A DNA stretch of 64,000 nucleotides, taken from contig CM075999.1 of the NCBI GenBank assembly GCA_038087875.1, forward strand, positions 2,792,001 to 2,856,000. The letters run 5' to 3'. Source of the DNA: Malacoraja senta. Lineage: Eukaryota. The translations under genes and the position numbers were made by a program. This document shows, one piece after another, positions 23,254 through 37,730 of this stretch. The notes beneath the pieces were generated by a model. The model was not told the DNA's origin and did no database searches. It saw only the letters and a list, made by a program, of their open reading frames with translations. Each line of letters starts with the position of its first letter. The stretch's first letter is position 1.

Positions 23254-24253
23254 GGGCATAGCTTTTGGGTGAAAGGGGCAAAGTTTAATGGAGATGTATG
23301 GGGCAGTTGTCTTACTCCAAGAGGGGTGGGTGCCTGGAACTCACTGGCGGGGGTTGTAGATCAAACAGTATTGCTGATTTGATCCGTGTCTGGTTTTGCT
23401 GCTGTTCGTGCCATGTCCAGGCAGTCTCCTTGTGAGTAATTAAGAAGGAAACTGCAGATGCTGGAAGATCGAAGGTAGACAAAAGTGCTGGAGAAACTCA
23501 GCGGGTGCAGCAGCATCTATGGAGAGAAGGAAATAGGCAACGTTTCGGGCCGAAACCCTTCAGGAAGGAAATAGGTAACGTTTCGGGCCGAAACCCTTAA
23601 GGGTTTCGTCCCGAAACGTTGCCTATTTCCTTCGCTCCATAGATGCTGCTGCACCCGCTGAGTTTCTCCAGCACTTTTGTCTACCTTCCTTGTGAGTAAG
23701 TTGCCTCAAGGGAGCCGGGCTCTCGGCGAAGGTTGGGAACGAATTTTCCGAGGTAATTAACCATGCCCAGAAATCTCTGCAGGCCTGCAACGTCAGTGGG
23801 AGCGTGGACATTTCTCTCACGCCACAGTCTTAGAAGGATCCGCCTTGAGGCCATTTTTTTTCTCCTCCATCTCGATGGTCTCTGTATGTATACAAATTAA
23901 AGCAGTTATGAGATATAATGGCTGTGTGTCAGGGGTGATGTTTGCACAGGGGTGATGGTGGAAGGAGATACGATAGTGGCATTTAAGAAGTTTTTGGACA
24001 GGTACGTGGATATGTAGGGAGTGGACGGATATGGAGCCACGTGTAGGCAGAGGAGTTTAGTTCAACTTGGCCTCATGATCCGCACTGACGGGGCCTGTTA
24101 CTGTCGAAGCAAGGACCTGCAGATTCTGCTTTACACACAGAAGGGCACAAAGTGCTGGAGTAACTCTGCAGGTCAGGCTGCATCTCCGGAGAGCATGGAT
24201 AGGCGATGTTTGGGTCGGGACAAAGGCTCTGAAGAAGGGTCCCGACCCAACCC

Positions 24254-24583
24254 GAAACGTCACCTATCCATGTTCTCCAATGATGCTGCCTGACCCGCTG
24301 AGTTACTCCAGCACTCTGTGAAACGTCACCTATCCATGTTCTCCACAGATGCTGCCTGACCCGCTGAGTTACTCCAGCACTCTGTGAAACGTCACCTATC
24401 CATGTTCCCCACAGATGCTGCCTGACCCGCTGAGTTACTCCAGCACTCTGTGAAATTTCACCTAACAATGTTCTCCACAGATGCTGCCTGACCCGCTGAG
24501 TTACTCCAGCACTCTGTGAAACGTCACCCATCCATGTTCTCCACAGATGCTGCCTGACCCGCTGAGTTACTCCAGCACTCTGT
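24254..24583 (+). repeat. 66-bp tandem repeat x5 derived from the Penelope-like terminal repeat (duplicate ~35174-35504)
   Basis: GAAACGTCACCTATCCATGTTCTCCACAGATGCTGCCTGACCCGCTGAGTTACTCCAGCACTCTGT units. Confidence 0.95.
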
Positions 24584-25417
24584 GTACTGCCGTCTGTTCT
24601 ATTTTCTAAATGTATTCATTCCAATACCTCCTCTGTCAGCGAGATCCAAATATCCTCGAGGTAAAGTATGCCACTGTCTGATGCAAAGATCCCATGGCAA
24701 TTAGTGTGCAGGAAGAAACAGCAGATGCTGGTTTATACCGAAGATAGACACAAAATGCCGGAGTACCTCCGCGGGTCGGACAGCATCTCTGGAGAGAAGG
24801 AATGGTGACATTTTTGGTCGGGTGGTCTGAGGAAGGGTTCCGATCCAAAACGGCGCCCATCCTTTTTCTCCAGAGATGCTGCCTGACCCGCTCGTTTCTC
24901 GGGCACTCTGTCTATTTTCCCATGGCCATTATCTTGGATGGACGAGGTTGCCACTTTTTTTGACCAGTATTTATACCTCAAACTAGATTTCTCAAATCGA
25001 TCATCTGGTCATCAACGAGCGGCGATTTGTGAGAGTTTGTTAGATAAGTTCAGAGATACAGCATGGAAATGGGCCACTCGGCCCCTCGAGTCCACGCTGA
25101 CCATCGATCACCCGTTCACACGAGTTCTACGTTATCCTACTTCCTCATCCACTCCCTACACACTAGGGGCAATCGACAGAGGCCCGATTAAGTTAATACG
25201 TTCTCGTGCAGAATTAGGCCATTCAGCCCATCAAGTTCACTCTGGGTATCTAAATTTGTAGTTGATTAAGTTATGACATCGGATGGAAGCTGCATACCAA
25301 ATCTCGTTGTACCTCTGTACAATGACAATAAAATATATTATTATTATTATTATTATTATCAAGAATCTGTCAGCTCTGCCGTAAATATGTCCATGGACTT
25401 GGCCTCTGTGGCAACCT

Positions 25418-25975
25418 CAAGTCAAGTCAAGTGAGTTTATTGTCATGTGTCCCTGGTAGGACAATGAAATTCTTGCTTTGCTTGAGCACAACAGAACATA
25501 GTAGGCATTTACTACAAGGCATTCTATAAATATATACACAATGGTCAATATACTGATAAAGTGCAAATAACAGTATTGGCTAGTAAAGTTCAGTGTTATG
25601 TCCGAGCCAGGTTTAATAGCCTGATGGCTGTGGGGAAGTAGCTGTTCCTGAACCTGGTCGTTGCAGTCTTCAGTCTCCTGTACCTTCTACCTGAAGGTAG
25701 TAGGGAGATGAGTGTGTGGCCAGGATGGTGTGGGTCCTTGATGATGCTGCCAGCCTTTTTGAGGCAGCGACTGTGGTAGATCCCCTCGATGGAAGGGAGG
25801 TCAGAGCCGATGATGGACTGGGCAGTGTTTACTACTTTTTGTAGTCTTTTCCTCTCCAGGGCACTCAAGTTGCCGAACCAAGCCACGATGCAACCGGTCA
25901 GCATGCTCTCTACTGTGCACCTGTAGAAGTTAGAGAGAGTCCTCCTTGACAAACCGACTCTCCGTAATCTTCTCC
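25418..25975 (-). mobile_element. Rex1/Babar-type LINE 3' fragment (duplicate at ~36339-36897)
   Basis: NFYRCTVES..WFGN..HPGHTLISLLPSGRRYR..RFRNSYFP; (CTTGA)n tail. Confidence 0.8.
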
Positions 25976-26619
25976 GTAATCTTCTCCGTAACCTCCAAAC
26001 CAATTAACCTACAAACCCGCACGTTCTTTTGATTGTGGGAGGAAACCGGAGCACCTGGAGAAAACCCACGGGGTCAAAGGGAGAACGTACAAACTCTGTA
26101 CAGACAGCACCTGTAGCCAGGGTCGAACCGGGGTCTCTGGCACTGTGAGGTTGATCTGCCCCTGTGTATAATTATTATGTCAGAGATCCAATTACCTTTA
26201 AGGCACTGCAAAATAAAAGACATTTGAAAGAATGCTTGTAACCCCGATATTTGTTTTGGGATAAAGAGTGATGCAGTGTGGAAACAGGCCCTTCGGCCCA
26301 ACTTGCCCACACTGGCCAACATGTCCCAGGCTACACTGGTCACACCTGTCTGAGTTTGGCCCATATCCCTCCAAACCTGTCCTATCTATGTACCTGTCAA
26401 ACTGTTTCTTAAATGTTGGGATAGTCCCAGCCTCAACTACCTCCTCTGGCAGCTCGTTCCATACACCCACCACCCTTTGTGTGAAAAAGTTATCCCTCAG
26501 ATTCCTATTAAATCTTTTCCCCTTCACCTTAAACCTATGTTTTAGATTTGATTAGCAACACCAATGTAATTGCTATAAGAATGTAAGTAGAAAATCTGTT
26601 AATTGCATTTATTGTATTG

Positions 26620-26819
26620 NNNNNNNNNNNNNNNNNNNNNNNNNNNNNNNNNNNNNNNNNNNNNNNNNNNNNNNNNNNNNNNNNNNNNNNNNNNNNNNNN
26701 NNNNNNNNNNNNNNNNNNNNNNNNNNNNNNNNNNNNNNNNNNNNNNNNNNNNNNNNNNNNNNNNNNNNNNNNNNNNNNNNNNNNNNNNNNNNNNNNNNNN
26801 NNNNNNNNNNNNNNNNNNN
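26620..26819. other. Assembly gap (200 N)
   Basis: Run of N. Confidence 1.
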
Positions 26820-29800
26820 GCGCATGCCAAAAGTGCTACCCGTGCTACGGGTGCTGTCTGTACAGGAGTTTGTACGTTCTCCCTGTGACCTGCGTGGGTT
26901 TTCTCTGAGATCTTCAGTTTCCTCCCACACTCCAAAGACGTGCAGGTTTGTAGGTTAATTGGCTTGTGTTTGTATACTTGGTATAAGTGTAAATTGTCTC
27001 AAGTGTGTGTAGGCTTGTGTTAATGTGCGGGATCGCTGGTCGGTGAGGTGTCGGTCGGCCGAAGGGCCTGTTTCCGCGCTGTATCTAGGGGTTGCCAACT
27101 GTCCCGTATTAGCCGGGACATCCCGTATTTTGGGCTAAATTGGTTTGTCCCGTACAGGACCGCCCTTGTCCCGTATTTGACTGCTACTACTCGGGTCGAG
27201 GGGGCTGTCGGGTCGGAGCGCCGCGTCCGGCCCCCGCCTCACCCATCCCGACGTAGTGCAGCTCATGGAGTGCAGCAGCAGCACCTCGCCTGGCAAACCG
27301 GCCAGCTGTCCGACCTTCAGACCTTCGCTTACCGCCGACACCACCACCCCTCCTTCTCATGGCTGATCATCGGTTCATGAGTTGGATGGGATGCTGGACT
27401 TTGCGGGCCAAAACTCCTCAGCTGGCCCGCCGGCTGGGCTTTGCGTGCAGTCCAGCACCCGGGGCCAACTCATCATTCACCCAGCCATGGCCGAGTCGAT
27501 CAACGTATTGCCGTCTGGAATTTGTCCCATATTTTGACTTTTTGTCCCTTATTTGGGAGTGAGAAAGTTGGCTACCCTAGCTGTATCTGTAACCTAAACG
27601 AAACTAACAAAGCTAGCCTTGGTCAACCCGTTACCAGAACAATGTGGAGGCTCCGGTTCAATGGTGCAATGGCATTTTATTTCTCACACGTGCAACCGCA
27701 TGGTGAAATTCTATTTGCATATTTACACATATGAGCGCCGCCATGTTTTGCCGCCATTTCCTAAGTCTGGTCGGCCCGCGAGCTCGGTCTACTGGAGCAG
27801 TTCCCGATCCAGGCGAGCCCCAGGCTCCTGCAGGGCCTTCCACCGTCGCCATCGACCGAATCGGTCCGCGAACCGACATCCCTCCCCCCTCTTCTCCCTT
27901 CTCCACTCCCCTCTCCCTCCTCCTCCCCTCCTCTCATCTCCTCTCTCCTCCCCACTCCCCTCTTTTCCTCTCCTCCTCTCCTCTCCCCTCATCTCATCTC
28001 TCCCTCTCCCCTCCCCTCCTCTCCCCTCCCCTCCTCGCCTCCTCTCCTCTCCTCTCCCCTCTTCTCTTCCCCTCTCCTTTCCCCTCCTCCTCTCCCCTCT
28101 CCTCGCCACCCGGGGGTGCCGCCGACCTTGAAGGAGAGGGTGCGGAAAATGTTTACCAAAAGCTCCAGTTTCTTCCCACACTCCAAAGACGTACAGCTTG
28201 GTAGGTTAATTGGCTTTGTTAAAAAGAATTGTAAATTGTCCCTAGTGTGTAGGATAGTGTTCGTGGCCGGGGGTGAATGCTGGTCGGCGCGGACTCGGTG
28301 GGTCAGGGGCCTGTTTCCACGCTGTATCTCTAAAGTCTAAAGAAAACTGAAATCAAGGCATAATTTTACTTGCCACCAACAGATGGTGTCCTTCTGCCGT
28401 TTGTCTAATCCTTTCCACATTAAACTCATGTTTAGCTTTATTGGCCAACGCAAGAATTCACAGCAAGAAAAGATTCTTACTTTTGGTACATAAGGTTCCT
28501 TTCTTCTGGATTTTGATTTAACCAACCCTGGCCACGCTCTCATCTCACCACTGCCATCGGGAAGAAGGTGCAGGAGCCTGAAAACTGTGAGTCCAGGTTC
28601 AGGAACAGCTTCTTCCCTACAGCCATCAGGCTATTAAACACAACAACCTCCAAACACGTTCTGAACTACATAGACTTGGGGGAAGACAAAATGTTTAGGA
28701 AAGAACTGCAGATGCTGGTTTAAATCGAAGGTAGACACAAAATGCTGGAGTAGCTCAGTGGGACAGGCAGCATCTCTGGAGAGAAGGAATGGGTTACGTT
28801 TCGGGTCGAGACCCTTCGTCAGACTTGACTTGGGAAATTGGTTTTGTCTTTATTGCACTATTATTATTTGTCTGTTTGTTTTATGTGTATGTGTGTATAA
28901 AATATACACACTATACACACACTCACATATATATATATACTGTATTAGACTAAGTGGGACCCGTATTCACACAGGAGGGCTGGTCCCCCAATGCAATATT
29001 CCACCTCTCCACCAATTCCAATATTGGTGGCCAGTGGGGGGGGGGGGGCTTTCTGGAGCGCTAGTATGGGTGTTGTGGGCTGAAGGGACTGGTTTCCAGA
29101 GGGCTAGTATGGACATTGTAGGCCGAATGGATTCTTGGGCTGGCAGCTCAGTCACTCAAGCAGGGTGCAAGGCCACCAAATTCAAGTGCAGTTTCTTACC
29201 ACTTCAAGCAGGGTGCAAGGCCACCAAATTCAAGTGTAGTTTCATACCATTTCAAGCAGGGTGCAAGGCCACTAAAGACAGCGAGTCGTGACCTCTCCAT
29301 CTTGCAGAGACTGAGCCCCGCCCACACTTCTGGGTTTTATAGTCCCTCCCCCCCTACCACCAGAAGGGGCATGGCCTTCATGGCATGATTGTCAGGAGAG
29401 AGAATCTCAACATTTTTAAAACACTAATAACTCTTTTATTTTTCATCAATGGGAAAAATCCTTGGCACCTGATGAGCAGAGCGGGACTCTGAGTAAGATG
29501 GCCAAAAATCACAGCCGTACGTTGTAGCGTTTTTTCTAAAGTCAATATAAAGCGCAAACCGGAAGTGGTCAAGATTAGACTTTTAATTATATAGGTAAGG
29601 CAACTTTAATTAGGCACGGCAACTTTAATTAGGCAAGGTAACTTTAATTAGGCAAGGCAACTTTAATTAGGCAACACAGCATTAACATTTCCAAACCAAA
29701 GGCAACACAGCTTTAGCATTTCCAAACCAAATGCAACACAGCTTTAGCATTTCCAAACCAAAGGCAACACAGCTTTAGCATTTCCAAACTATATTTTCAA

Positions 29801-31554
29801 ACCACATTAAGGGCACTGACAGGCCAGTAAAACCACTCACAGTTTAGTGGACATGTGTTCAGTGTTATTCACAGCTCAGACTGAGAGACGTGACCCTCTC
29901 GCTCCCCCATCTTGCAGAGACTGACTGAGGCACTCAACGCTTCCGAGTTTTATAGTCCCTCCGGAAGGGGCGTGGCCTTCAGGAGAGAGAATCTCAACAT
30001 TTTTTAAACACTAATAACTCTTTTATTTTTCATCGATGGGAAAAATCCTCTTGCCCTGCGCAGCGGAGGGGGGCTCTGAGTAAGATGGCCAAAAATCACA
30101 GCCGTAAGTGGCAGCGTTTTTTCTAATATCAATATATAGAACAACAGGAAGTGGTCAAGATCAGACTTTTAGTAATATAGATAGATATATATTGATTTTG
30201 ATATATTTTATATATAATATATTTTATTATATTGTTTACAGAATACTACATTTACATATTCTGTGTGGCAGCAAGTAAGAATATCATTGTTCTTTTTAGG
30301 ACATATGACAATAAAACACTCTCTAAACCTGTCCTATCCATGTACCTGTCCAAATGTTTCTTAAACGTTGCGATAGTCCCTGCCTCAACTACCTCCTCCG
30401 GCAGCTCATTCCATACACCCACCACCTTTTGTGTGAAAAAGTTACCCCTCAGGTTCCTACTAGAGTTAGATAGAGCTCTTAAAGATAACAGAATCAAGGG
30501 ATATGGGGAGAAGGCAGGAACGGGGTACTGATTGTGAATGATCAGCCATGATCACATTGAATGGCGGTGATGGCTCGAAGGGCCGAATGTTAAACCTAGG
30601 TCCTCTGGTCCTCGATTCCCCTACTCTGGGCAAGAGATTCTGTGCGTCTACTCGATCTATTCCTCTCATGATGTTGTAAACCTCTATAAGATCACCCCTC
30701 AATCACCTGCGCTCCAAGGAATAGAGTCCTAGCATGCTTAACGCCCCTACATGGTTAGTGAGTTAGCAGATAAGTGGAATCTGAAATAATTGGTAACATT
30801 GTCAGTGGAGAAGATTATCAAGAATTGGAGGAGAATCTTGGTCAACTGGGTAAGTTTGCCAAGCAATGGCAAATGCAGTTTAATTGGGATAGGTGTGAGG
30901 TGTTGCAATTTGGGAAGTTAGATACATGGATAATAATAATAATAATAATAATGGATGGGATTTATATAGCGCCTTTCTAATACTCAAGGTGCAGGAGTAG
31001 GCCATTCGGCCCTTCGAGGCAGCACCGCCAGTCAATGTGATCATGGCTGATCATCCCCAATCAGTACCCCCTTATAGCCTTCTCCCCATATCCCTGGATT
31101 CTGCTATCTTTAAGAGCCCTATCTAGCTCTTTCTTGAAAGCATCCAGAGAACCTGCCTCCACTGCCCTCTGAGGCAGAGAATTCCACAGACTCACCACTC
31201 TCTGTGAGACCAGCATCTGGGTAGAGTCAATAGACAATTTACAATAGGTGCAGGAGTAGGCCATTCGGCCCTTCGAGCCAGCACCGCCATTCAATGTGAT
31301 CATGGCTGGTTAGAGTCCTAATTGAGTCCTGGTTAGAGTCCTGACAGATTCCCAATTCAGTCCTGGATAGAGTTTAAACAAAACAATTGATTGATGTGGA
31401 GAGAAGCCATTTACAGGGCGCTGGGACTTCGAGTGACCAACCCGCTGGAAGTGGGCGGGGAGGGAGCGCCGGCGCTGGGCGGGGCGGAGGGAGGAGGGAG
31501 CGCCCGGCAGACCAATTTCAGGCGCTCCCTCAGTCTCTGTGCCTCCGGCGAGAC

Positions 31555-31636
31555 ATGTCGGTGGCGTTGAACCTGCGCCGCCTGCTCGCCCTCTCCACTG
31601 CGCTCAGTCTCCCAGGTCTTGTGCGGGGACAGCTCG
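31555..31636 (+). CDS. DCBLD1-like: DCBLD-family gene, coding exon 1 (signal peptide), copy B
   Basis: Same coding sequence as 20630-20711 with the same G|GTGAGT donor. This copy is contiguous (no gap) with exon 2. Confidence 0.85.
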
Positions 31637-34600
31637 GTGAGTAGATGCTCTGGGTCAGTGTTTGTATGTGGGAGGAGAAGGGGAATCGTGGAGGATTGCA
31701 TTGATTTTTTTTCCCCATGCATACAGTGAGATACACTCAGAAAGAACAATTTCCAAGATAAATAATCTTTCAGCATTTTCTTGCACCTTAATGGGTTGGG
31801 TTTTTTAAGGCAAAACAAAAAATTGGTGCATTGGTGCTTTTCAAAGAACATGCAAGCAACTTTAAGCCGATTAATAATTTACTAGTAAAGGTGTTGGGGG
31901 AAAAATAATAGAGTGCTGGTTAATTTACCAGCTACAAGCCCGGGGAACAGGCAGCGACTGAAAGGAGGTTTAGTCCTGACAGACTGGGATAGATGGCACA
32001 CAGTGTTAAGTAGGGTGCCACAAGTTTGCAGATACCTTTAGACTTTGGAAAAGTTCGTGCGATCTGGCATGTGTGTGTGTGTGTGTGTTTGGGAGTAAAG
32101 TTTGATGTGTGCTTGCTTCCCCCCTCCCTCCTCCAGATGTAGGAAAAATGTTCCCAATGTTGGGGCGAGTCCAGAACCAGGGGCCACACAGTCTTAGAAT
32201 AAAGGGGAGGCCATTTAAGACTGAGGTGAGAACAAACGTTGTCACCCAGAGAGTTGTGAATTTGTGGAATTCCCTGCCACAGAGGGCAGTGGAGGCCAAG
32301 TCACTGGATGGATTTAAGAGAGAGTTAGATAGAGTTCTAGGGGCTAGTGGAGTCAAGGGATATGGGGAGAAGGCAGGCACGGGTTAGAACCATAGAAACA
32401 TAGAAAATAGGTGCAGGAATAGGCCATTCGGCCCTTCGAGCCTGCACCGCCATTCAATATGATCATGGCTGATCAACCAACTCAGTATCCCGTACCTGCC
32501 TTCTCTCCATACCCCCTGATCCCCTTAGCCACAAGGGCCACATCTAACTCCCTCTTAAATATAGCCAATGAACTGGCCTCAACTACCTTCTGTGGCAGAG
32601 AGTTCCAGAGATTCACCACTCTCTGTGTGAAATTGATAGGGGACGATCAGGTATGATCACAATGAATGGCGGTGCTGGCTTGAAGGGCCGAATGGCCTCC
32701 TCCTTCACCTATTTTCTATGTTCCTCCGTCAGATCGTTCTGCTTTAATAATCCAACTCTTTCGTGGGTGATAATTACCGAGCGCTCCCCATTACAAACGT
32801 CTGTAGCTGAAGGTATTGTGCAGGAAGGAACTGCAGGTGCTGGTTTACACCAAAGATAGACACAGAATGCTGGAGCAAAGTCACCCTTGCTTTCCCCCTC
32901 TCTCTCTCTCTCTCTCTCTCTCCATCCCTCCCCCATCCGAGTTCTACGACCAGTTTGACTGTCCAACTGATTAAATTTTTAAGAAGGAACTGCAGATGCT
33001 GGTAAATCGAAGGTAGACAAAAATGCTGGAGAAACTCAGCGGGTGAGGCAGCATCCATGGATGCTGCCTCAACCGCTGAGTTTCTCCAGCATTTTTGTCT
33101 ACCTACTGATTAAATTGTAATCTTTGTATTTTCCCCCCCAGCTTACAATTATCTATTCTGAAGAAGGGTCTCGACCCGAAAGGCCACCCATCCCTTCTCT
33201 CCAGAGATACTGCCTGTCCCGCTGAGTTACTCCAGCATTTTGTGTCTATCTTCAATTGAAGGAGGTGACTTTGTTTCTGTATTGGAGGGGAACAGAAGGG
33301 AGTTATTATTATTAGCAGGGACCTGCAGTTCCTTCCTACACATTTTGTCTGCTCCACTGCGAAATCTCCTCAATGTATGCCTACCTACAAGACTAAGGAT
33401 CAGTACGGGCGTCGGGGGAGAAGGCAGGAGAATGGGGTTAGTAGGGAAAGATAGATCAGCCATGATTGAATGGCAGAGTAGACTTGATGGGCCGAATGGC
33501 CTAATTGTACTCCTATCACTTAAGAGTTCTCCTCCACTCTCTGGGATTCTCCAACACTCCTTCTCGTTTCAGTTCCGTACCTTTTCATCCCTCTCGTTTC
33601 TCTCTCCCCTGACTCAGTCTGAAGAAGGGTCTCGACCCGAAACGTCACCTATTCCTTCTCTCCAGAGATGCTGCCTGTCCCGCTGAGTTACTCCAGCATT
33701 TTGTGTCTATCTTCGGTGCATCTGCAGTTCCTTCCTCGGCAGAATTAAATATATATAGATCTGGATGTGAGACTTTGAGGGGAAACCTGAGAGAATTGTA
33801 TAAAATTATGAGAGGCATAGATGGAGAGTATAGTCAGAACTTTTTTCTTCAGGTTGGAAATGTCAAATAGAGGGTGGCACGGTAGCGCAGCGGTAGAGTT
33901 GCCACCTCACAGAGCAGAGACCAGGGTTCGATCCTGACCACGGGTGCTGTCTGTACGGAGTTTGTACGTTCTCCCCGTGACCACGTGGGTTTTCTCGGGT
34001 TCTCCGGTTTCCCTCCCACACTCCAAAGACGTGCAGGTTTGTAGGTTAATTGGTTTCGGTAACATTGTAGATTGTCCGTAGCGTGTGTAGGATAGTGTTA
34101 GTGTGCGGGGATCGCTGGTCGGCGCGGACTCGGTGGGTCGAAGGGCCAGTTTCCACGCTGTATCTCTAAACTAAAGGGCATAGCTTTTGGGTGAAAGGGG
34201 CAAAGTTTAATGGAGATGTATGGGGCAGTTGTCTTACTCCAAGAGGGGTGGGTGCCTGGAACTCACTGGCGGGGTTGTAGATCAAACAGTATTGCTGATT
34301 TGATCCGTGTCTGGTTTTGCTGCTGTTCGTGCCATGTCCAGGCAGTCTCCTTGTGAGTAATTAAGAAGGAACTGCAGATGCTGGAAGATCGAAGGTAGAC
34401 AAAAGTGCTGGAGAAACTCAGCGGGTGCAGCAGCATCTATGGAGAGAAGGAAATAGGCAACGTTTCGGGCCGAAACCCTTCAGGAAGGAAATAGGTAACG
34501 TTTCGGGCCGAAACCCTTAAGGGTTTCGTCCCGAAACGTTGCCTATTTCCTTCGCTCCATAGATGCTGCTGCACCCGCTGAGTTTCTCCAGCACTTTTGT

Positions 34601-37600
34601 CTACCTTCCTTGTGAGTAAGTTGCCTCAAGGGAGCCGGGCTCTCGGCGAAGTTGGGAACGAATTTTCCGAGGTAATTAACCATGCCCAGAAATCTCTGCA
34701 GGCCTGCAACGTCAGTGGGAGCGTGGACATTTCTCTCACGGCCACAGTCTTAGAAGGATCCGCCTTGAGGCCATTTTTTTTCTCCTCCATCTCGATGGTC
34801 TCTGTATGTATACAAATTAAAGCAGTTATGATATATAATGGCTGTGTGTCAGGGGTGATGTTTGCACAGGGGTGATGGTGGAAGGAGATACGATAGTGGC
34901 ATTTAAGAAGTTTTTGGACAGGTACGTGGATATGTAGGAGTGGACGGATATGGAGCCACGTGTAGGCAGAGGAGTTTAGTTCAACTTGGCCTCATGATCC
35001 GCACTGACGGGGCCTGTTACTGTCGAAGCAAGGACCTGCAGATTCTGCTTTACACACAGAAGGGCACAAAGTGCTGGAGTAACTCTGCAGGTCAGGCTGC
35101 ATCTCCGGAGAGCATGGATAGGCGATGTTTGGGGTCGGGACAAAGGCTCTGAAGAAGGGTCCCGACCCAACCCGAAACGTCACCTATCCATGTTCTCCAA
35201 TGATGCTGCCTGACCCGCTGAGTTACTCCAGCACTCTGTGAAACGTCACCTATCCATGTTCTCCACAGATGCTGCCTGACCCGCTGAGTTACTCCAGCAC
35301 TCTGTGAAACGTCACCTATCCATGTTCCCCACAGATGCTGCCTGACCCGCTGAGTTACTCCAGCACTCTGTGAAATTTCACCTAACAAATGTTCTCCACA
35401 GATGCTGCCTGACCCGCTGAGTTACTCCAGCACTCTGTGAAACGTCACCCATCCATGTTCTCCACAGATGCTGCCTGACCCGCTGAGTTACTCCAGCACT
35501 CTGTGTACTGCCGTCTGTTCTATTTTCTAAATGTATTCATTCCAATACCTCCTCTGTCAGCGAGATCCCAAATATCCTCGAGGTAAAGTATGCCACTGTC
35601 TGATGCAAAGATCCCATGGCAATTAGTGTGCAGGAAGAAACAGCAGATGCTGGTTTATACCGAAGATAGACACAAATGCCGGAGTACCTCCGCGGGTCGG
35701 ACAGCATCTCTGGAGAGAAGGAATGGTGACATTTTTGGTCGGGTGGTCTGAGGAAGGGTTCCGATCCAAAACGGCGCCCATCCTTTTTCTCCAGAGATGC
35801 TGCCTGACCCGCTCGTTTCTCGGGCACTCTGTCTATTTTCCCATGGCCATTATCTTGGATGGACGAGGTTGCCACTTTTTTTGACCAGTATTTATACCTC
35901 AAACTAGATTTCTCAAATCGATCATCTGGTCATCAACGAGCGGCGATTTGTGAGAGTTTGTTAGATAAGTTCAGAGATACAGCATGGAAATGGGCCACTC
36001 GGCCCCTCGAGTCCACGCTGACCATCGATCACCCGTTCACACGAGTTCTACGTTATCCTACTTCCTCATCCACTCCCTACACACTAGGGGCAATCGACAG
36101 AGGCCCGATTAAGTTAATACGTTCTCGGTGCAGAATTAGGCCATTCAGCCCATCAAGTTCACTCTGGGTATCTAAATTTGTAGTTGATTAAGTTATGACA
36201 TCGGATGGAAGCTGCATACCAAATCTCGTTGTACCTCTGTACAATGACAATAAAATATATTATTATTATTATTATTATTATCAAGAATCTGTCAGCTCTG
36301 CCGTAAATATGTCCATGGACTTGGCCTCTGTGGCAACCTCAAGTCAAGTCAAGTGAGTTTATTGTCATGTGTCCCTGGTAGGACAATGAAATTCTTGCTT
36401 TGCTTGAGCACAACAGAACATAGTAGGCATTTACTACAAGGCATTCTATAAATATATACACAATGGTCAATATACTGATAAAGTGCAAATAACAGTATTG
36501 GCTAGTAAAGTTCAGTGTTATGTCCGAGCCAGGTTTAATAGCCTGATGGCTGTGGGGAAGTAGCTGTTCCTGAACCTGGTCGTTGCAGTCTTCAGTCTCC
36601 TGTACCTTCTACCTGAAGGTAGTAGGGAGATGAGTGTGTGGCCAGGATGGTGTGGGTCCTTGATGATGCTGCCAGCCTTTTTGAGGCAGCGACTGTGGTA
36701 GATCCCCTCGATGGAAGGGAGGTCAGAGCCGATGATGGACTGGGCAGTGTTTACTACTTTTTGTAGTCTTTTCCTCTCCAGGGCACTCAAGTTGCCGAAC
36801 CAAGCCACGATGCAACCGGTCAGCATGCTCTCTACTGTGCACCTGTAGAAGTTAGAGAGAGTCCTCCTTGACAAACCGACTCTCCGTAATCTTCTCCGTA
36901 ATCTTCTCCGTAACCTCCAAACCAATTAACCTACAAACCCGCACGTTCTTTTGATTGTGGGAGGAAACCGGAGCACCTGGAGAAAACCCACGGGGTCAAA
37001 GGGAGAACGTACAAACTCTGTACAGACAGCACCTGTAGCCAGGGTCGAACCGGGGTCTCTGGCACTGTGAGGTTGATCTGCCCCTGTGTATAATTATTAT
37101 GTCAGAGATCCAATTACCTTTAAGGCACTGCAAAATAAAAGACATTTGAAAGAATGCTTGTAACCCCGATATTTGTTTTGGGATAAAGAGTGATGCAGTG
37201 TGGAAACAGGCCCTTCGGCCCAACTTGCCCACACTGGCCAACATGTCCCAGGCTACACTGGTCACACCTGTCTGAGTTTGGCCCATATCCCTCCAAACCT
37301 GTCCTATCTATGTACCTGTCAAACTGTTTCTTAAATGTTGGGATAGTCCCAGCCTCAACTACCTCCTCTGGCAGCTCGTTCCATACACCCACCACCCTTT
37401 GTGTGAAAAAGTTATCCCTCAGATTCCTATTAAATCTTTTCCCCTTCACCTTAAACCTATGTTTTAGATTTGATTAGCAACACCAATGTAATTGCTATAA
37501 GAATGTAAGTAGAAAATCTGTTAATTGCATTTATTGTATTGTAAATCAGCAATTTGGCAAGATTATCCACAGTTATTGTTTACAGCATTCACTTGAATAT

Positions 37601-37730
37601 TGTCTGGGCAGCTTCGAAGTTGCTTTGTGCCATTGAGATTTTCAATTGAAAACATTAATAATTTCATTCACTGAAGTGAAGATGTCAAGGGACAGAAGTG
37701 AGAGTGTGCCTCTCGCAACCTCGTGTGTTA

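Larger units (their letters stand above)
15901..37541. repeat. Near-identical tandem duplication (~15901-26619 = ~26824-37541) around a 200-N gap; probable false duplication
   Basis: Constant offset of ~10,920 over the whole block. Differences seen are mostly 1-bp homopolymer indels. Copy A ends exactly at the gap. Confidence 0.9.

Noticed and set aside
26535..26958. ORFs spanning runs of X (also 54993-55319)
   Set aside because: Artefacts of translating N gaps.
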